A stretch of 54,122 nt of DNA, the filler included, from Sphacelaria rigidula (taxonomy: Eukaryota), in NCBI GenBank assembly GCA_964200075.2. It is 5 parts of 5 records of this genome, joined end to end, with 100 filler letters (N's around TTAATTAATTAA, not from the genome) between each part and the next. Parts side by side here need not be neighbours in the genome. Positions count along the whole stretch, not along the records: positions 21,691 to 32,434 come from CAXNAA020005987.1; positions 32,535 to 43,278 come from CAXNAA020005988.1; 3 more parts are not named here. The stretch is one strand, 5' to 3'. Under the pieces are notes generated by a model that was given only the letters and a program-made list of their open reading frames with translations, was not told the DNA's origin and did no database searches. A program made the position numbers and the translations under genes. Below, in pieces: positions 25,902 to 37,196 of the stretch. How positions within the stretch are numbered: the stretch's first letter is position 1; every line of letters starts with the position of its first letter.

Positions 25902-26426
25902 GGGTGAATTTTTAGCAGAGGGCAGGGTGTACCCTCCTGGTCTGTTTACAAAGAAGGGTACTCTCACAGGCTCTCATTTGAGGCGCCGTGGTTCAGCCAT
26001 GTAACACTTGTGAAAAAAAAAATGGTCAGGCATGCTGCCCAGACGCCTTGGGCGTGGGGCTGAGGCGCTGAAACGTGTCTTGGAGGTGTTCAGCCCGCGT
26101 GGAGCGCCGCGCCCCAAAGCGAAAAATCCATTACCCTTTTTTGTTCCAAAAGCACCAGTGTGTACCCCCATTTTGTCTATTTCCCTTTCGAGTATAATGT
26201 GCATGTCCGAAATGTTCGGTGATTACCGGAAAAACAGGGTCGACAGAGTCAGCACGGTGGTGGGCATGAAACGACTACTGTCGTATGGTATCTGCGACGC
26301 CAAGCGACATGAAGCCGTTTTTCGATATTTTTTTCGCCATAGAATGATGTAGCTACTATTCATCTCTCCCACTCACCACACTCATTTTTACTGGCCCCAT
26401 ACGCTGGATAACGTCCTTCGCTACAG

Positions 26427-26568
26427 GCCCGGGAGCGGCGTGGTGACGGCGGCCCTGTCTACCATGTTGAAGGAAGGGGGAGAGGGGAGTACTCGCCCGT
26501 TGTATATGGCCGCGGATATCAACCTTCAGGCGGTGGAGGCCTGTAAACGAACGGCGAAGGCAAACGAG
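26427..26568 (+). CDS. N6AMT1: Internal exon of an N6AMT1/HemK2 (Mtq2)-like SAM-dependent methyltransferase
   Basis: CTACAG acceptor and GAG|GTGATA donor. Encodes (G)PGSGVVTAALSTMLKEGGEGSTRPLYMAADINLQAVEACKRTAKANE, i.e. motif I GxGSG plus the DIN..A...T...N segment characteristic of HemK2. No other exons recognised in this scaffold. Confidence 0.75.
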
Positions 26569-26652
26569 GTGATACGTCGTGACCTCTTTTGCGCATGTAG
26601 GTTTGTAGCAGCTTCACACTATAACCCTTTGACCGCCAGGCGGGTCATCGAC

Positions 26653-26817
26653 TGTTAGATATACAAGATATCCACTGAGCTAACAGTCAGCGCTGACTGA
26701 TAGCTCAGTGGATATGTTGTACATCTAACAAAGTACACGCGGTTTTTGCTAGATGTACAACATATCCACTGAGCAAAAGAGTCAGCGCTGACTGTTAGCT
26801 CAGTGGATATGTTGCAT
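26653..26817. repeat. Two adjacent near-perfect palindromes (~78 bp) centred on GTCAGCGCTGAC
   Basis: 26653-26730 is self-complementary; 26747-26817 is a second copy. Confidence 0.85.
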
Positions 26818-27028
26818 ATTTGAAAAAAAGTACAACCGGGGTTCGATCCCTCCGAGGAGCATCTTGACGCCTTTTCTGCAGAAGAAACAATCTGAGAAAA
26901 AGTCTGGGATACACACATGAAATGCATGGTATACATCACCAGTCGTCAACATGAAGACACATATCCCGCCTGTAAGCCGACGAACCGCTTGGGGGAGCGC
27001 TGGTTAGAGGGATTACAACTCTCGGGTA

Positions 27029-27133
27029 GACACCGGAGTCCAACAGTCTAACTAACTGTCGGACCCCGCTTGTACATCTAACAAAAGTACAAGCGGGGTC
27101 CGACAGTTAGTTAGACTGTTGGACTCCGGTGTC
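27029..27133. repeat. Perfect hairpin: 47-bp stem, 11-nt loop
   Basis: 27029-27075 is the exact reverse complement of 27087-27133; loop ATCTAACAAAA. Confidence 0.95.
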
Positions 27134-28989
27134 GACGTCCTACTCCAAGCTTTCAAGCGAACATGGTGCCGAGTCAGCAGATGGCCACCCTTGCAGTTTA
27201 ACAGTTGAGTTCGCTCTCCGGGCCAAGGTACCACTTCAGTACACAAACAACCCGCGATCAGTGACAAAACGTTACCTATATATTTTGAACCTTTGAACAC
27301 ATTTTTTTAATATACTTGCTGTCGGAGCAGTCGTGTGCAAAACTCGATACACCAATGGGTGCATCGGCACACGTGGGCTCCTTCACCGTCAAAGGATCTG
27401 CTACTGTTACTTGGTTTCCACGGCGTAGAAGCCGACCGCTATTTCAAGGAACATCAAATTAAGCCAAGGCTTGAACTTTGAGCTTCGAGCCTCGCCTCCG
27501 GACTGTTTCCCCGACTGACCGTTCGGAAACATCCAGGTCCGGCGGGCTGTGGGGTGGTTTTTGAGGCAGAGTATTTGCCTGTTCCCAGATTAATCAAAAA
27601 GTTCATCATGTCAACTATGCGTATTGGGACGTTTCCAGCGGAAAATTGACTGCAAGTAAGGCACCAAGCCTGAAGAGAGGGAAACGACTATTTTGACACT
27701 TTTACGTTGTCAATTCAGTCGTTATATTCGCCTACAAAACACCTGCAGAACACCCACCTTGCACCCTGACCGCATTTGACTGTTTGAGTACCGACCAATC
27801 AACGATTGAAGTACACATTAAAAAATACAGTAGTATGCGTTTTGCTCTGTGCAGAGTCTTTCCCCCTTGCCTGGCTCCTCTTGCTAGCCGTCGCAGCGGA
27901 AGACCGTAGGCGAGCCTGTATTGGAGGACCCTACGCTATGCGTGAAGACCCCCCAGTAGCTACTCAAGGCAAATGGCGAAAACATTTGATATCCTAAATC
28001 ATGACTTTTGTAGGATTGATCGGTCAGCACAAGTTGCACGCTTGTACCGACTTCTCGGGCATTCTCTCCTGACTGAGAGTTCAACTCCCGGGCTAGAAAG
28101 GAGCACGCAGCTGTTGAGGGCGGTTGTTTTAATCATTCATTTTCTCGTTCTCCATTTTGCCCCGCACCTCGAGATCTCTGCGTTGTTAACAGAATAATAA
28201 TCTCATCGAAGCCGTTATTTTGAGGCTCATCCTGACACACATTTTTTCGTATGTACTTCGATCAGCACTCGTAGTCGTACAGGCGATGAGCAATATCAAG
28301 AAACGCCTCTTCCGCTCCAAGCTCCATGATGTTATTTGGTAATCTCACCGCGGCATGACATTCTTCTGATAGATTTGTGAGATTTTTGTTTCAATCACGG
28401 GACCGTGAGTTGTGAAAGTGAAGCCACGTGTCTCAAGTAGACATTTCCCACCAGGCACTGTGCCGTGTCGGTATAATAGCATACCACGCGATGCATTCTC
28501 GCGTGATGACCGCGGCACGACTAGGTTTTGCTATGGATAGTTTTGACTAGGAACAACTTCGCCGTAGCTTCCCCCCCGTCGGCGAACCCGATTTTTTTCG
28601 CGACTTCGGAGGATTTATCCCATATCGACGCGCCGATTTCCCCGATTCATCGACAATCTGCTTCTACATTCTCTACTCTGGGGTCTGATAACGTCACCTC
28701 AATATTTTTCTCCTCAGTGTTATTCACTAGCAGTACGGTACCTTGCTTCCGTGGGGCTCATGGGTGAGAGCTCGTGCCCAAATATTTCGCTCCAAAATAC
28801 CTGAGCCGTGATCTACTTCCACGACCTTTTGTTTTGTTTTTGTGTATGGGTACATGTGCCTTTTGTTCTTCTTCTTGCTTGCGTTTTTTTTCATTTGAAA
28901 CCATGCCCTAGGAGCCGACCTTTTGTAGCTTTCACGATTCGGACGAATAAAATCGCGATTCGACGCATATTTTACATTTGGACGAATCA

Positions 28990-30430
28990 ATCATATGATT
29001 TGTACACAAGTCGTGATTTGTACATGTTTTGGGTTCGTGATTCGTACGACACCACCTTGATTGTACACATTCCCAGCTCGTGATTCGTGCGGTACACCGC
29101 CAAAAGTGCACATTTCTCACCATCCATTCGTATGGCGTGAACCGTAGGTACATGTTTCCTAGTTTCCATCGATTCAGCATGAATCATGGGCACGCGTTTT
29201 CCACCTTCGATTCATACGAGGTGAATCAAGCGTACATTATTCCCCGTCTCCGTTCTTGCAGCATGAATATGTACATTTCCCCCACCTCCGATTCATACAG
29301 GGTGAATCAAGCGTGCATGTTTCCCAATTCCTATCCATGCAGCATGAATCATATGTACATGTTCTCTACCTTCTATTCATCCGAGATGAATCGAGTGTAT
29401 GTGTTTCCCACTTTTCATTTACGCAGCGCGAATCATGCGTACATGTTCTCCGCCTTCTGTTCATACGATTAATCATGTGAACATGTTGTTTCCCACCTAT
29501 CCCTTCATGGGGCGCGAGTCTTCGGTTACGCGGCCCTCATGCAGGTGGGGTAGGCAAGTAAGACCGTACAGGTCGCGAACCCCTCAAGAGCCAAATCTGC
29601 AGTAAACCCAATTTCAAATTTTGTACTCACACGAAACATATCAACTACAGTACAATACACGCGTCTGCGTGCCCAGAGCGATTTTTCTAGCCATTTTTTT
29701 GCTCAGAGTTATGCTATTGACAGCCTTTGTGGTTTCATGCTGTCTTCCGTTGTACGCTTGACCTGAAGATATACTGTATATAGCACCACGAACCCTTGCG
29801 AAGAACACAGCACCAGCACGAGTTGTCCTCGCATGCTCACGGGAGTTTTCGGGAACACTCCGGCAGCCTACTCTGCAGTCCGCGGGAAGTACGGTGCAGC
29901 ATGGCACAGCACGCATCTGCGCGACTAGAGTGGCTCTTTTAGCTGTTTATCTTCCTATGATTCATACAGCATGAATCACGTGATGCATGTACCTGTTTTC
30001 CACCTTGCGTTCGTGAGCATGAATCATATACACACATTTTCCACCTTTCATTCATACGAGGTGAATCAAGCGTACGTGTATCTCATCTTGTATCCATGCA
30101 GCATGAATCACACGTACACGTTTCCCACGTTCCGTTCATGCAGCATGAATCATACGTACACGTTCTCCGCCTTCCATCTATCTAAGGTGAACCAAGCGTC
30201 CATGTTTCCCAATCTCCGTTCGTGCAGCATGAATCATATGTACGTGTTCCTCACCTTCGATTCATACGAGATAAACCACGTGTACATGTTTCCCACCCAA
30301 TATTCATACAGGAAGTGTGATTTGTACATATTTTGCACTCTTGATTCGTCTGATACTACTTGGAGTGTACACATTCCCAGTCCGTGATTCATGCGGTATG
30401 ACCTTGAACGTACAACCTCACCATCCGTGA
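28990..30430. repeat. Two blocks of degenerate 42-bp tandem repeats (TGAATC...GATTCA), probably transposon subterminal arrays
   Basis: Units start at 29179, 29221, 29263, 29302, 29344, 29386 and 29428, with a second block at ~29970-30310. Segment 29013-29125 is directly repeated at 30317-30425. Confidence 0.8.
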
Positions 30431-30727
30431 TTCATACCGGATGACTCTTTGTCACATGATTCGCATTTAAGATTCATGGGAAGACAACCCGTATGAACTC
30501 TGATTCGTCCGAGCTGTGGTAGTCTTTGTTCGTCTTCACCTTTTTCGCACATTCTTCTCTGTTCCTACTTCTTCAGCTTGTTCTTGCTTTTGTTCCGTGC
30601 TCTTGTTTATTGTTTTCCAGTTCACTTCGTCTGTGTGTTTTATTTTTGTATTTCAGGCGTCGGAAAGCTCGTGAGCTAGCTCATCTGCCTAGTGTAGTCA
30701 AGCATATGCCTATGATCTACGCCCAAT

Positions 30728-31046
30728 AGCTCACCCAGGGCGAATATGCGCTGATGAGCTACGGGTTGGTAGCTCACCAAGGGCAAACACGTGTAGCTCA
30801 TGTAGGTCTCATTGCTCACCGAGGGGGAACACACGCAGCTCATGCACCTCTCATAGCTCACCCAGGGCAAACATGCTCTGATGAGCTGCGCTCGATAGCT
30901 CACCCAAAGCACACATGCGTAGCTCGCGTAGCTCTCATAGCTCACCCAGGGCAAACACGCGAGCTCGTGCAGCTCTTATAGCCCAGTAGGGAGCTACGCT
31001 GAAAAAGAGCTCGCTTGAGCTACAGGGAGCTGATCTCTCCGTAGTG
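30728..31046. mobile_element. End of a CACTA/EnSpm-like element with 42-bp subterminal repeats
   Basis: AGCTCACCCAGGGCAAACAC-like units at 30728, 30771, 30813, 30855, 30897 and 30939, followed by terminus CCGTAGTG (reverse complement CACTACGG). Confidence 0.6.
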
Positions 31047-32099
31047 TTGAGCTTTTCAATTTTTCGCCTTGCGGTCGCGCGCGACGAACTTCAAACAGCA
31101 GTGGAATCCACATAAGCCCACTTCCTATGTGAAAAAACTATATACATATTTCACCGTCCATGAAGCCAAAAAGCAATTACAGTACGCGTTGTGGCTACGG
31201 ACAGCAGAGCTGCACGGCTCACGCATCATGAATCTCGACAGTGTCTTGCCCCTCCCGCTGGACTACTCGGATTACGTGAAGGCCGGCTTGAAGCTCCTTG
31301 TAGACAACGACGGCCTCAGTCACAAGCAACTCCTGGAACACATGCAGAACATGTGCGCGTGTATCCGCTTGTAATCGGTACAGACAGTATAGTGTCTGCA
31401 CTCCACAGTGTGTTTGAGTGCGTGTGTTTTCGTGCAGTAATATGTGAAAAAAAAGCGGGCACCGTGCAGTACAGACAGCACAGAACTGTGTCTACTCTCT
31501 ACATACAGTCGCCCCAAGCACACGTCGTGATCTATCTCTTCTCTCTTCACGCCAGCTTCACTCCTCATCGAGAGCAGCCAAAGCCGCCGCCACCACAGTT
31601 TCTGGCAAGACGTTATCGGCCCCGCCCCCTGCTGCTGCCACAGGATGGAGGGCCATCACAGTACTGACGGGTGAAGACGACGATGAAACACGCTGACTGC
31701 CCGCGAGCGGCAGGAGCAGCGGTGGTGATGGCAGCCAAGCTAGCATGGGTGCTGTTGAGGGACGTGGCTTGTGTTGATGTGCGGCGGGATTTCTAACCTG
31801 TCTTCCGTAACCGTTGTCTGATCGGTGTTGGCAATCGGAAAAAAAAACACACGATGTTCTGATAGCGTTGGGCGATGGAAAGAAGCGACCAGAAAAAAAA
31901 ACAGAGTAGAACGCGTTTTCTGATGTCTTCCGGGGTGAAAGTTTGGTCTGTTTGATCTGTATCAGATTTTTTTTCATGGTATTTTCTTGATACAAAAGAA
32001 GTGGCCGAAGAACGCGGATGACATGGATTTATCAGAACGGAATTTATCTTTTCCGCCGCACTTTTTCGATCGATTATTGTCCACAAGATACCCTAAGTG

Positions 32100-32280
32100 C
32101 GTGTCTCAGCACAATATTTTTCTATCGAAATTGTGCAGTGGAAAGAAAAAATCCCGATCTGATAGGTCGTAATTTCAACCATCGTTAATTTTGAAGATGG
32201 TTGAAATCATGACCTATCAGACCGGTATTTTTTGCTTTCCACCGCGCTTTTTCGATCGAAAAATATTGTGCTAAGACACG
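32100..32280. repeat. Imperfect inverted repeat (MITE-like hairpin)
   Basis: CGTGTCT.AGCACAATATTTTTC...CTGATAGGTC.T.ATTTCAACCATC is mirrored at 32196-32280. Confidence 0.75.
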
Positions 32281-32359
32281 GCCTAAGCCCAAGCCTCTAA
32301 GGCATGCCAGAAGAAATGCCTGAACTACCTTTTCTGACAGTGCATCTCAGTACAATGTA

Positions 32360-32434
32360 CCGGTCGCCCCGGTGGCTCAGTTGGTAACTTCGTAACCTTC
32401 TGATGGTTGAGTTGTGGGGTTCGATTCTCGGAGC
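32360..32434 (+). mobile_element. tRNA-like head of SINE family B, cut by the scaffold end
   Basis: GTGGCTCAGTTGGTAAC...GGGGTTCGATTC; matches the reverse complement of 4680-4732. Confidence 0.75.
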
Positions 32435-32534
32435 NNNNNNNNNNNNNNNNNNNNNNNNNNNNNNNNNNNNNNNNNNNNTTAATTAATTAANNNNNNNNNN
32501 NNNNNNNNNNNNNNNNNNNNNNNNNNNNNNNNNN
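32435..32534. other. Artificial scaffold-joining linker
   Basis: N-TTAATTAATTAA-N, 100 bp. Confidence 0.97.
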
Positions 32535-32950
32535 CCCCCCTAGCACGTCCCGTTCCTCCTTGCAATGTTGCAAGGGACGGGTGAAGCCACGGAACTGATA
32601 TGAGGGCGTAACGGCAGTAAAATAAAGACCGCCATGGAGCTACCATGTCACAACACATTGATGGTAATGCATGACAGTGTCATGGTGCCTATATGAAGAA
32701 ATCATGACACAACACATTCATGGCACGGTCATGGTAATCTCATGCTGCACCCACGGAGGTGCTATTTAACAATTCGGCTGCCACTGCACCGCCATGGTCA
32801 TGCGGTGCGCTGTCACGTTCTGACTTACCACTTTGACCAATAATGCCACATCTTGCATGTGCGTCACGCGTGTTTGATTTGGATCCTTCACTCGATCCCT
32901 AGTTATAATTTCGATTGGTTCGAAACTGGGGCAAAACGCGTGCGCGCGCG

Positions 32951-32981
<31 letters not shown>

Positions 32982-34184
32982 AAAAGTTCCTTTGGTGGCT
33001 CCCCGCCTGTGACGGCATTTGATAAAATACTTCTGGGGCAGGACAGGGGGCAGTAAATCAAGTGCGTCAACAACCCCTTGTACCTGAAGATAAAAAAAAT
33101 AGAGAGACACGGCAGCACTACGAGTACTAGATATATAAAGGTTTAGCTCTGCCCCGAAAAAAACTGCACTTGAACCAAGAACAGAATTTTTCTTGAGCAG
33201 CTGGTGACATTTTCAATCGGCACATCTCTCCGGATGGATGCACAGTGGTAACATCCACGGAATGAAGCGCCAGCGGCTGTACTACTAATACTAGTTTCCA
33301 CCCGATCATCACCTCGCCGTCCCATCCCCCGCTGCATCACAAAGCCTAGAAGCAAGAGCAGGGGGTGCCGTGAAGTCATTTCGGCGTACGGTGGGAGCCT
33401 GTTTCATTTTCGGTGAAACTGAACGGATAACGGCTGTAGGGTATTGCCATTCTCCCTAGAAGCTTCAGACGATCACGTGAATCATTGGTACCTCAAGCAT
33501 AGTGCGACACAGTGGCGTACAGCATATGAGCGTTTGATGCGTACGGATCAACCCATTCTCCTCGTTCAGATAGAGCCTGTACATGCATATTCCTTATGGC
33601 CGACAACATACATACGCCACATGACGATACAGTACATTGTGCAAAAATGCGATACAACACGATGTATTGACACCAAGTTGTCGAACCCATGAATATTATG
33701 AATCACGGGTCAGAAGCGTTGGCTGTGCCTAGGAATCGCAAAACGTTAATGCCTGACTGACTTGTGCAGCATCGCAATCTAGTTCCTAAATATCAGCGCT
33801 TCTTTGACCATCCATTCCAAATTCTTCATGTTTCGCGCTTTACATATGCTATCGTGTCTCGGCCTTTCGTGTACCATCTCGTGCGGTGTAAATATTGACA
33901 CAGGATTGCCTGGATGTTCGTCGAGTGCCTGTAGCCCTGGCGAGAACCTGTCCGACGGTGTTCACGGGACCGGTAATAGGTCTTAGCCGCGTGTCTGTGT
34001 TAGTTTGCCCCGTCCGTTTACTCCTTTTTTACACATCCGTTTCGCTATCTTTTTCTCGAGTTTTCTTTCGCGTGTGCTTCCGTCTATCAGGCTTGAATGC
34101 ATTCATGATGCGATCCAGGCTAGATTGGTAGGAGGTCGGGTACTGTGCAACATTCGGTTGATCAACCAAATAGCATATTGAAGA

Positions 34185-34620
34185 GCCGATCATCGAAATT
34201 AAGGACGGAGCTTTTCATTGAGGATGAGACACGGGAGGATCAAAATCTTCGTATCCACACCAAATCTTCGAAATATGCTTCCATTCCTTCACCTGCTGAT
34301 AGCTTTTGACAAGTACTACAGGCCATACAAATTTGAATTTCGATAACCGAAATGTTGGGGTCCTGGGTGGAAAACCGTTTTCGGGGAATCTCGGCGATCC
34401 GATCGGGTCACCTAAATTCTCCAATATTGCTTTTTCATCTAGGACCCCAACATTTGGAGTATCGACTTTCAAATTTGTAGGGTGTGTAGCAGATGTCAAC
34501 AGCTACCAGTAGGTGAAGGAATGGAACCATAGTTTGAAGCGTTGGTGTGGATATGAAAATTTCAATCCTCCGGGTTATCATCCTCAATGAAAAGCCCCAT
34601 CCTCAATTTTGATGATCGGC
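34185..34620. mobile_element. Foldback MITE (~436 bp, almost entirely palindromic); half copy at ~39640-39870
   Basis: GCCGATCATC.AAATT.AGGA.GG.GCTTTTCATTGAGGATG and its inverse ending GATGATCGGC at 34620. Confidence 0.85.
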
Positions 34621-35060
34621 AGTGATTCCCTCCGTGAACATACTCCCTCCGTCCCATCTCATAGGGCGAAGTACGTAATGTTTTATTCGACAGGTACTTG
34701 GAATCATATCCAATCTCAACCTCTCCTTCTTTCTCGGTTAGAATTCTGCAGAAAACATACATGTTGTTCGGACTGAATCCTAAAAAACATGGCGTTAGAA
34801 AAATCCACCCGCACGACAGAACAGAGCAAAGTCCTGTTTCTTCCAGATGTTTGACCCAGAGCATGCCATCTTCTACGTGAATAAGGACTTCAGTGCATGT
34901 ACACACGTATAAATGTCGAGTACTTTCGTCCTATAGTGCATTTTCAGTGCTTGATAATTTTTCTCCACATTTTCAATAAAAAAAGGGTACCGACGAAAAA
35001 CGAAAACGAAAACGAAAAAAAAACGGGCGGTTTCACCTGTTTTTGCCTTCTCATACTGAC

Positions 35061-35187
35061 CTGCGAGTTCCGCGTCTCCACATCACGTCTTGTGTCCAGC
35101 AAGCGCTTCTTCTTGCTCCTCACCTCGCCGTCCAAGGCATCGTGGATCTGACGTAATTTGACAGTCAAGTTCTTCGCCTCCAGTATC
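35061..35187 (-). CDS. Unidentified gene, exon 4 of 4 seen (basic, coiled-coil-like)
   Basis: CGCAG acceptor, CAG|GTCAGT donor; ILEAKNLTVKLRQIHDALDGEVRSKKKRLLDTRRDVETRNSQ. Its phase-2 start fits the previous exon. Confidence 0.7.
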
Positions 35188-35256
35188 CTGCGATTGTGTT
35201 GATATCCATGATTGTCGTGATGGTGACGACGACTATGATGACCATTATTAAACTGT

Positions 35257-35884
35257 CTGGATCAGTTTTTGAGGTTCTATGTGTGGGTGAGGTTCAACTC
35301 GAAAACAGTGCTTGGCCTGACCTAAAGTCATGATCAATGAATTTCATATGGACGACCTAATGCCCCCCGACCTTCTTAGAAACTATATTTGGGGGTTGTA
35401 ATGCGTGAGAGGACCGCGTGCTTAGAGGACCGCGCCGTAGTTCAAAACGCCGCAGGATCGATGTTTTTCAAAACCAATCGGGCCAGTCCCTGCAGGTACC
35501 ACACCCCTGACCATGACCCCAACACTAACCCGAACCCTAACCCTAACTATGGGGATGTTCAAATTCCGATGCGGTCCTCTAAGCACGCGGTCCTCTCACG
35601 CATTACAGGGTTGCCTATCTTCCGTGCCCCCAAAGCGTATATGCGAGATCACCTTTTTGCCTCGATATCGGGGCGAAAAAAGGGACGTTTCTAGCCCGAA
35701 ATTGGTGCTTTCGCATATACGCTCTGGGGGCACGGAAGACAGGCAACCCCCGAAGTTAGTTGTAAGGAGGTCGGGGGGCATTAGGTCGTCCATATGAAAT
35801 TCATTGGTCATGACTTTAGGTCAAGGAAAGCACTGTTTTCGAGTTGAACCTCACCCAAATATTGAACCTCAAAAACGGATCCAG
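35257..35884. mobile_element. Foldback MITE with long TIRs, related to 41758-42172
   Basis: 35257-35396 is inverted at 35743-35884; shares CATATGGACGACCT.AT.CC.CCCGACCT with ~41848 and ~42510. Confidence 0.85.
35397..35607. mobile_element. 211-bp MITE with TGT...ACA ends, 37-bp perfect TIR, 4-bp TSD and internal telomere-like CCCTAA tract
   Basis: TGTAATGCGTGAGAGGACCGCGTGCTTAGAGGACCGC and its exact inverse at 35571-35607. TSD GGGT at 35393-35396 and 35608-35611. The host's other arm shows the empty site. Confidence 0.9.
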
Positions 35885-36291
35885 GCTGTTATCACTATGT
35901 TCATCATACATTGCCTTCCGATGAGGGCAAACTCATGATGGGCCTTTGGGATGTGCATGGGAGTTTTTACGAACAAACACGCCATGTTAATGCTAGGGAC
36001 TCGCATTGTGTGCGCAAATACTCGACCGAGTTAAAACGGAATAAGCCATTCGAACTGAACGCATACGGTTTCCCGGAATTTGAAGATGAAGACGATAATG
36101 ATGACGTTAATAACAATGCTGCTCATGGCCATGGTGGTGCCTGTGGTGGATGGTGGGCGAAACTAAGCGTAGAAAAGAGGGGGAATCAAGGGGGGGGGGG
36201 GGGGGGGGGGGGGAGAGACCCCGCGGGATGTGGGGGGTGGGCATTTAGAGCGGGAAAATACAGGTGGAGAGGGCGGAGGGGNNNNNNNNNN

Positions 36292-36412
36292 GGAGCACCG
36301 TTCCTACTCCTAATAGAGACGCCTCCAACATCCCGGCGCTCATGACGTTTCTTCCATAGCTCATGACGTTTCTTCCATACATTACACAAGAACCTTTTAC
36401 ATATCTTATCCC
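36292..36412 (-). mobile_element. LINE 3'-end fragment
   Basis: Matches 482-578 and 43523-43625. Confidence 0.7.
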
Positions 36413-36714
36413 CGTCCGAAACAAGGGGGGATTATGATCGGGATAGCCCCCGGGGGCAGGGTAAAAGAAAAAGAGTCGTGGGGCGGCGGGGGGGGGGGGG
36501 ACGGACGGTGATCGAGACACCTCCAGAGGTGATCTTATGACATTTAGACTGAATAAATACGAACACTGAATCGATGATCTACGTTCGTGTAATAGGGTGG
36601 CGAACTCACTTGTTGCTTGCCTTGGTCGTTCCACCATTGACCACGTGTCCATTTCGGGATGGAGAGTGCAATTGGGGGGAAGAGAAGTCTTCGTTTTGGT
36701 TGGTTTTGTTTTAG

Positions 36715-36935
36715 TGTGAGTGTGTTGTCGTCCCATCTATTTTGGACGCCGGGCTACACGTTTCGGTGTATGTGGGCGCACCAGCCGGGGTCACACAGGA
36801 GGAAGGTCAACACAGGAGCCTTTTCTTTTTATTTGTTTTCAGTAGCCCACCTTCCTTTTGCGGTGCTTGCCTTTAATTTTTATCGCGAGAGGGGTTTCAG
36901 CAGTCCCTTTCCCTCGTCGAACGGTAAGCCGAATT
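36715..36935 (-). mobile_element. SINE family B, 5'-truncated copy
   Basis: Matches 4388-4610 and 9233-9455. Confidence 0.85.
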
Positions 36936-36951
36936 TCTTTGTCAGTCTACT

Positions 36952-37196
36952 CTATTATAGCCTGCCTGTTCTAGCCTTCTGTTTTCTTCAGTTTTCTTCA
37001 GCGAATGTTTCCGTTTTGTTTTTATCTCGGGTATGTCTATCATGTGATCACCGCTGGATCATGACTCTTAGGGGGTCAGTGCTATTATAGCCCGCCTGTT
37101 CTAGCCTTCTGTTTTCTTCAGTTTTCTTCAGCGAATGTTTCCGGTTTGTTTTCATCTCGGGTATGTCTGTCATGTGACCACCGCTGGATCATGACT
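36952..37196. repeat. Tandem duplication, ~130-bp period, 2 copies
   Basis: CTATTATAGCC.GCCTGTTCTAGCC...CGCTGGATCATGACT at 36952 and 37082. Confidence 0.9.

Noticed and set aside
28460..28524. Helitron 3' end (hairpin then CTAG)
   Set aside because: The hairpin is short and imperfect, and there is no 5' TC boundary or second copy to support it.
29080..30387. ORFs 29080-29472 and 29971-30387 as a 14-aa repeat protein
   Set aside because: Open frames follow from the 42-bp period. Conservation centres on the inverted DNA motif TGAATC/GATTCA rather than on codons, and no splice structure was seen.
32360..32434. tRNA gene
   Set aside because: It has A/B boxes but no convincing cloverleaf, and it matches the head of the SINE at 4388-4732.
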